Shown: positions 60,411 through 64,000 of the stretch, in pieces | Layout: each line of letters begins with the position of its first letter | Position numbering within the stretch: position 1 is the stretch's first letter | Assembly (NCBI GenBank): GCA_000004985.1 | Contig: GG738849.1 | Source of the DNA: Naegleria gruberi | Lineage: Eukaryota | Direction: 5' to 3' (one strand) | DNA length: 64,000 nt | The notes under the pieces: model-generated | Database searches by the model: none | Told to the model about the DNA's origin: nothing | What the model saw: the letters and a program-made list of their open reading frames with translations, nothing else | Program-made: the position numbers and the translations under genes

Positions 60411-61198
60411 GATGTTGTTTTTTTAACATTGTGGATATCTTTGCAAGAGAATGTTGGCTTTATATAATTGTTGATGGATAAGCAAGGATTCTTACGACAA
60501 AAGTTTCGAATTTCAAACTAGTTTCGAGTTCTTTTCCTCAAGTTCTTTCCAACTATCCAATAAATAAACTTCTAATAAGGACTGTCAAACCCTCTTGCTT
60601 CCAAAATCAAAATACCAACAAGGATAGTTTCCATCAAGAATCCTCCTAACATTGACTCGACCGTTATATTTTACATATTTAACACAGTTATTTGGTAATC
60701 ATAACAATACATTGGATTGCCATTCTTTCTATCTTATCGATTGGGTAGACGAAGAGTTACAGCAGTGATTTGTGAATGGTGCAGTAACCAACTTTCAAGT
60801 AGGTGGTTGACTTGTTAACATGAAAATCAAACCAGCTCTATTCACAATTCCTTCCTATCATTTAGGAATCCAATCTTTGTGCTACTTTTTGCAACACCTT
60901 ACTGGCAGGACAATCGATAATCTCAAAATGAGAAGTAGCAATATTACACGTTCAATTGCCATGTATTGATTGGTTCAGATTCTTACAACCTCTCATAGAT
61001 GCTACATCAGTACTATCGCCACAAACAATATGAAGAAGTGGAAAGCAAAGGTGTAATTCTGTTTAGTTTGTTTTTAATAATAAATATTTTACAGATCATC
61101 AGTAGATGATTTAATCGACCATTTCATCGATCTTCTTTGATGAAGTATCCAATAAATTCAAATAATTTTCAATATCATCATCCTCATATAAAGTGAAT

Positions 61199-61858
61199 TT
61201 ATAGATCCTTTCCAACAACAGCAACTGAACAATTCTTTGTTGTCAATTCTACATTATCTCCAGTTGTTCCTTTAAGGGCCTTCAAGGCATGAACGATAAG
61301 ATCCTTCCAATCATTTGTGAATGTATCGTAATGCTTTTCAAAGTAAGTCTTGGCACTTTGAGATCTAGCACCAATAGCAATAGCCTTATAACTATACAAA
61401 TTTCCACTTGGACAAGTTTGATACAAGTGAGCACCAGTTTCATCATAACCACCAACCAATAATCCAACACCGAATGGACGGCCTGATGAGCTTTGTGTAC
61501 TCTTTTGGGATTTATCGGCAATCTTTGATGCTAATCTTTGTACAGGAACTGGAGTTTCAAAAACATATTGATGGCTCATACATTCGTTTCTCATATATTT
61601 ACTCAATACACGTCCATCAGCAGCCAATCCGGCAATAGCAATACCAATGTGATCATCAATCTTGAAAAGCTTCTTTTGATAGCTAGAAAGTTCGGCGTGT
61701 GGTGCTCTCTTCAAAGTTGCCAATACTACAAAATCCTTTGATTTAAGTCCAACAGCAGCACTTCCTTGTTGAACGGCTTCCATAGCATATTCAACTTGGT
61801 GCAATCTTCCTTGTGGTGACCAAGTGGTAATATCAGTGTCGTATTGATTTCTAAACAT
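61199..61858 (-). CDS. PSMA1: Proteasome subunit alpha type-1 (PSMA1/alpha-6), C-terminal tail displaced by an apparent +1 frameshift
   Basis: [33 protein letters not shown]... aligns residue-for-residue with PSMA1. The ORF stops at ...VVGKDL* (TAA 61201-61199). Shifting one base gives ...[29 protein letters not shown], ending at ~61121. Confidence 0.85.
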   Translation of the reverse strand: MFRNQYDTDITTWSPQGRLHQVEYAMEAVQQGSAAVGLKSKDFVVLATLKRAPHAELSSYQKKLFKIDDHIGIAIAGLAADGRVLSKYMRNECMSHQYVFETPVPVQRLASKIADKSQKSTQSSSGRPFGVGLLVGGYDETGAHLYQTCPSGNLYSYKAIAIGARSQSAKTYFEKHYDTFTNDWKDLIVHALKALKGTTGDNVELTTKNCSVAVVGKDL

Positions 61859-61995
61859 TTTTTTGTATTAAATTTTTGATGTTGGTGATTCTATTTTTAA
61901 TTCATCATTTCCCTGCCTTGCTGTTGTTCGACTTGTAAAAAATTTGAAATGATGAAAAATTTTTTGATTCATTAGTTTTCAAAAAACTAAATGTT

Positions 61996-63144
61996 TTAAT
62001 GTTTTGATCTTTTTTGAGGAATGAAAACTTGAGCAAAGTAGTTTTCAATGTATTCTTTGGGATTGTCACCAAGAACTGAATGACCAGCTTTGGAAATTTC
62101 AATAAAATTACATTCATAATTTTTACAGAGTAAATTGAATAGTCTTTCCAATTGTTCTCGTGTTGTTACAGAGCTGTCTGCACCTCTAACGATGGAGACT
62201 TTGACATTTTGATAATCTTGCTTTGTTTCGAGGGCTTTCCATAATTCTTCCCTTAAATTTCTTTCAGTGTTTGCTGCCATATTATCAATACTAAAAGTGG
62301 TGTCATATTTCCATGTCCATAAATTTGTTTCTGGATTGCATTTCAAGGAGTATTTCAATCGAGTGGTCAAATTCTCAACACTTCTCCTTGGATTATACTT
62401 TTGAGCCCAAGCCAAAAATTCCTCAAATGTATTAAATGTTTGAGTGGATTTAACTTGTTGAGAGACACTTTGAGTTCCTTGTGGAATTATTGAATGGACA
62501 GGAATTTGATCAGGAGAAATATCAATTAATGAAATTGAATGCAAATGATTTGCTAAAATTTTCTCAAATCTTGATAAGGTTTCCGAATTGATTCCACCAC
62601 TCAATGAAAGAGTTGATTTCCTATCGGTGAGCAGAGCATTCATGAGAATAATTCCACCCAAACTCATACCAACAAATGAAACTCTATCAAATGATTCCTT
62701 CTCCAAATATCTTACCACAAACAAGATTAAATCAGCCACAAATCCATCCATACTATATTGATTTGGAGTGTGTGCAGAGTCTCCGTGCCCTCTCAAATCC
62801 ACAGAAACAAATCGAAATCTATTATTCAATGAGTGTCGTTGCAATGAATTATTTTCTTCTTTCTGATAATAATTGTAAAATTCCTCTACAAAATCATCAA
62901 AGGTATGACAAGTCTGAAATGATCCATGTAATAAAATTATTAAATGTTTTTCATCACGATTAATTCCGATTGTTTGTGGTGATGAAGAAGCTTCTTCTTC
63001 CGATTCTACTATTTGATTATTTAATAAAAGTTGAATATAATGCAATTTTCCGAGAGGAGTAAATTCTAATTTTTCATCAATTTTTGAGTGCTTCCCGTAC
63101 AGATCATGGATGAAATGATCACTAAATACAAGTTGTTGAGACAT
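61996..63144 (-). CDS. alpha/beta-hydrolase fold protein, possibly protein phosphatase methylesterase (PPME1)-like
   Basis: HLIILLHGSFQTCHTFDDF, the nucleophile elbow VGMSLGG (GxSxG), and a C-terminal AGHSV.. His motif. The real ATG (MSQQLVF) at 63144 is preceded by A8; the track start at 63177 is upstream in frame. Confidence 0.5.
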   Translation of the reverse strand: MSQQLVFSDHFIHDLYGKHSKIDEKLEFTPLGKLHYIQLLLNNQIVESEEEASSSPQTIGINRDEKHLIILLHGSFQTCHTFDDFVEEFYNYYQKEENNSLQRHSLNNRFRFVSVDLRGHGDSAHTPNQYSMDGFVADLILFVVRYLEKESFDRVSFVGMSLGGIILMNALLTDRKSTLSLSGGINSETLSRFEKILANHLHSISLIDISPDQIPVHSIIPQGTQSVSQQVKSTQTFNTFEEFLAWAQKYNPRRSVENLTTRLKYSLKCNPETNLWTWKYDTTFSIDNMAANTERNLREELWKALETKQDYQNVKVSIVRGADSSVTTREQLERLFNLLCKNYECNFIEISKAGHSVLGDNPKEYIENYFAQVFIPQKRSKH

Positions 63145-64000
63145 TTTTTTTGTAAAGAGTAAATAAGTATTGATCAATCTTTAAAGTATTGCATCATGTT
63201 ACAAAAAATCTTGGCAGTAAATGAATTCAGGACAATCTCCAAATATAAAAAACGTGTTGTTTTGAACGACCATTTTTGATCCTTATCTTCCTAATAAGCA
63301 TAAAAACCATCAATACATTGTTAAACAACATTTCTGGTAGTTACCTTAATGTTAATATTATTTAACATGATCATCAACTAGTATACTTTACAATCTCTGT
63401 AAATTCTTCAAGTAAAAGACAATATTCGGTGTCCACACAAAGCTTTCAATAGTTCAACCTTTGTGGAACTGTGTGTAAGTTTCTATTGTAAACTTCGCAC
63501 ATCGAATTCTATTGGCTTGTGGTCTTTTTGAACATCTATGTAGATAATAGCCAACGACAAAATCATTTCCAACACAAAGAACAGAGCGAGGAGAATACTT
63601 CCGATATCTTGCTATCTGTGTGTACATCCAATCGTTTAAGCGTCATTGAATATCTGCTTTACTACATCTTTACTATTGACTTTTTCAAAGTATGTTTGTC
63701 TCTCGTTTCAAAACTAGACTCAAACATGTGAAATCTCCTCTTTTTACTCTCAATGCACCCTTTAAAAAACGCCCGAATATATTAAATAATAAATATTCAC
63801 CAAACACTGGATAAGGTGTGCGAACGGTAGCAAGCCGACTCGACTTCGCTGGGCAATTTGCTGCGTTGACCTCACAATATTCCAAATAAATCCTAATTCA
63901 AGAAGGCTAAGCATTTTTATCAAAAAAAAATCACCAATTTCCAACACGCGCGCTTGTTTTGAGTGAATTGGTTCTTTGTGAAAACAAGTTTTGTGTTCAT

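Noticed and set aside
1-64000. Stop-codon reassignment (Condylostoma/Blastocrithidia-like ambiguous code) as an explanation for the in-frame TAA/TGA codons
   Set aside because: There are only 3-4 such codons in ~17,000 codons. Conserved genes (HECT, MCM8, GH39, P-ATPase, MnmE with terminal CIGK) end exactly where homologues end, with TAA/TAG/TGA. The intron sizes are also not ciliate-like.
1-64000. A prokaryotic defence island, operon or mobile element
   Set aside because: Genes carry spliceosomal introns, sit on both strands with individual promoters, and encode eukaryote-specific machinery (cactin, NOT4, proteasome, HECT, MCM8). There are no integrase or transposase genes, inverted-repeat termini or CRISPR repeats.

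Overview
This window is a gene-dense (about one gene per 2 kb), AT-rich (roughly one-third GC) stretch of nuclear DNA from a unicellular-type eukaryote, not a prokaryote. The evidence is spliceosomal introns with GTAAGT/GTATGT/GTAGGT/GTTTGT donors and AG acceptors, unusually short at 41–96 nt (a few around 130 nt), an A-run directly before most start codons, poly-Asn/Gln/Ser/Thr tracts in proteins, and yeast-like codon usage (TTG/TTA Leu, AGA Arg, GGA/GGT Gly, CAA Gln).

I can support about 33 protein-coding genes, many of them intronless, plus one solitary 5S rRNA gene and one tRNA-Gln(UUG) gene:
- Conserved core genes: cactin, MCM8, the mitochondrial tRNA-modification GTPase MnmE/MSS1, CCR4-NOT subunit 4, a P-type cation ATPase, an EFL1-like GTPase, a TRIP12/UFD4-type HECT E3 ligase, proteasome alpha-1 (PSMA1), a DDB1/CPSF160/SF3b130-family beta-propeller protein, a classical protein tyrosine phosphatase, a MAP2K-like kinase, a PQ-loop transporter and a bromodomain protein.
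- Lineage-specific or accessory genes: several F-box-like proteins, two tandem 7TM-RGS receptors, a GH39 glycosidase and an intradiol-dioxygenase-like secreted protein, a 2OG-Fe(II) oxygenase with a His/Cys-rich tail, a protein with two lambda-repressor-like HTH repeats, and a protein with a DUF4241-like C-terminus.

I found no CRISPR array, transposon, or prokaryote-style defence or mobile system. The most notable observations are:
- a 15-nt micro-exon encoding the kinase catalytic loop;
- an EFL1-like GTPase with a degenerate switch II;
- three apparently continuous reading frames interrupted by single in-frame stop codons, together with a +1 frameshift in PSMA1, which points to sequence errors, pseudogenes or read-through;
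- the tandem 7TM-RGS pair and stacked perfect palindromes in an intergenic region.

Coordinates taken from the ORF track are exact. Splice-site coordinates were worked out by hand and may be off by 1–2 nt. The ORF track also translates alternative start codons (TTG/GTG/CTG) as M, so several track starts are not real ATGs.
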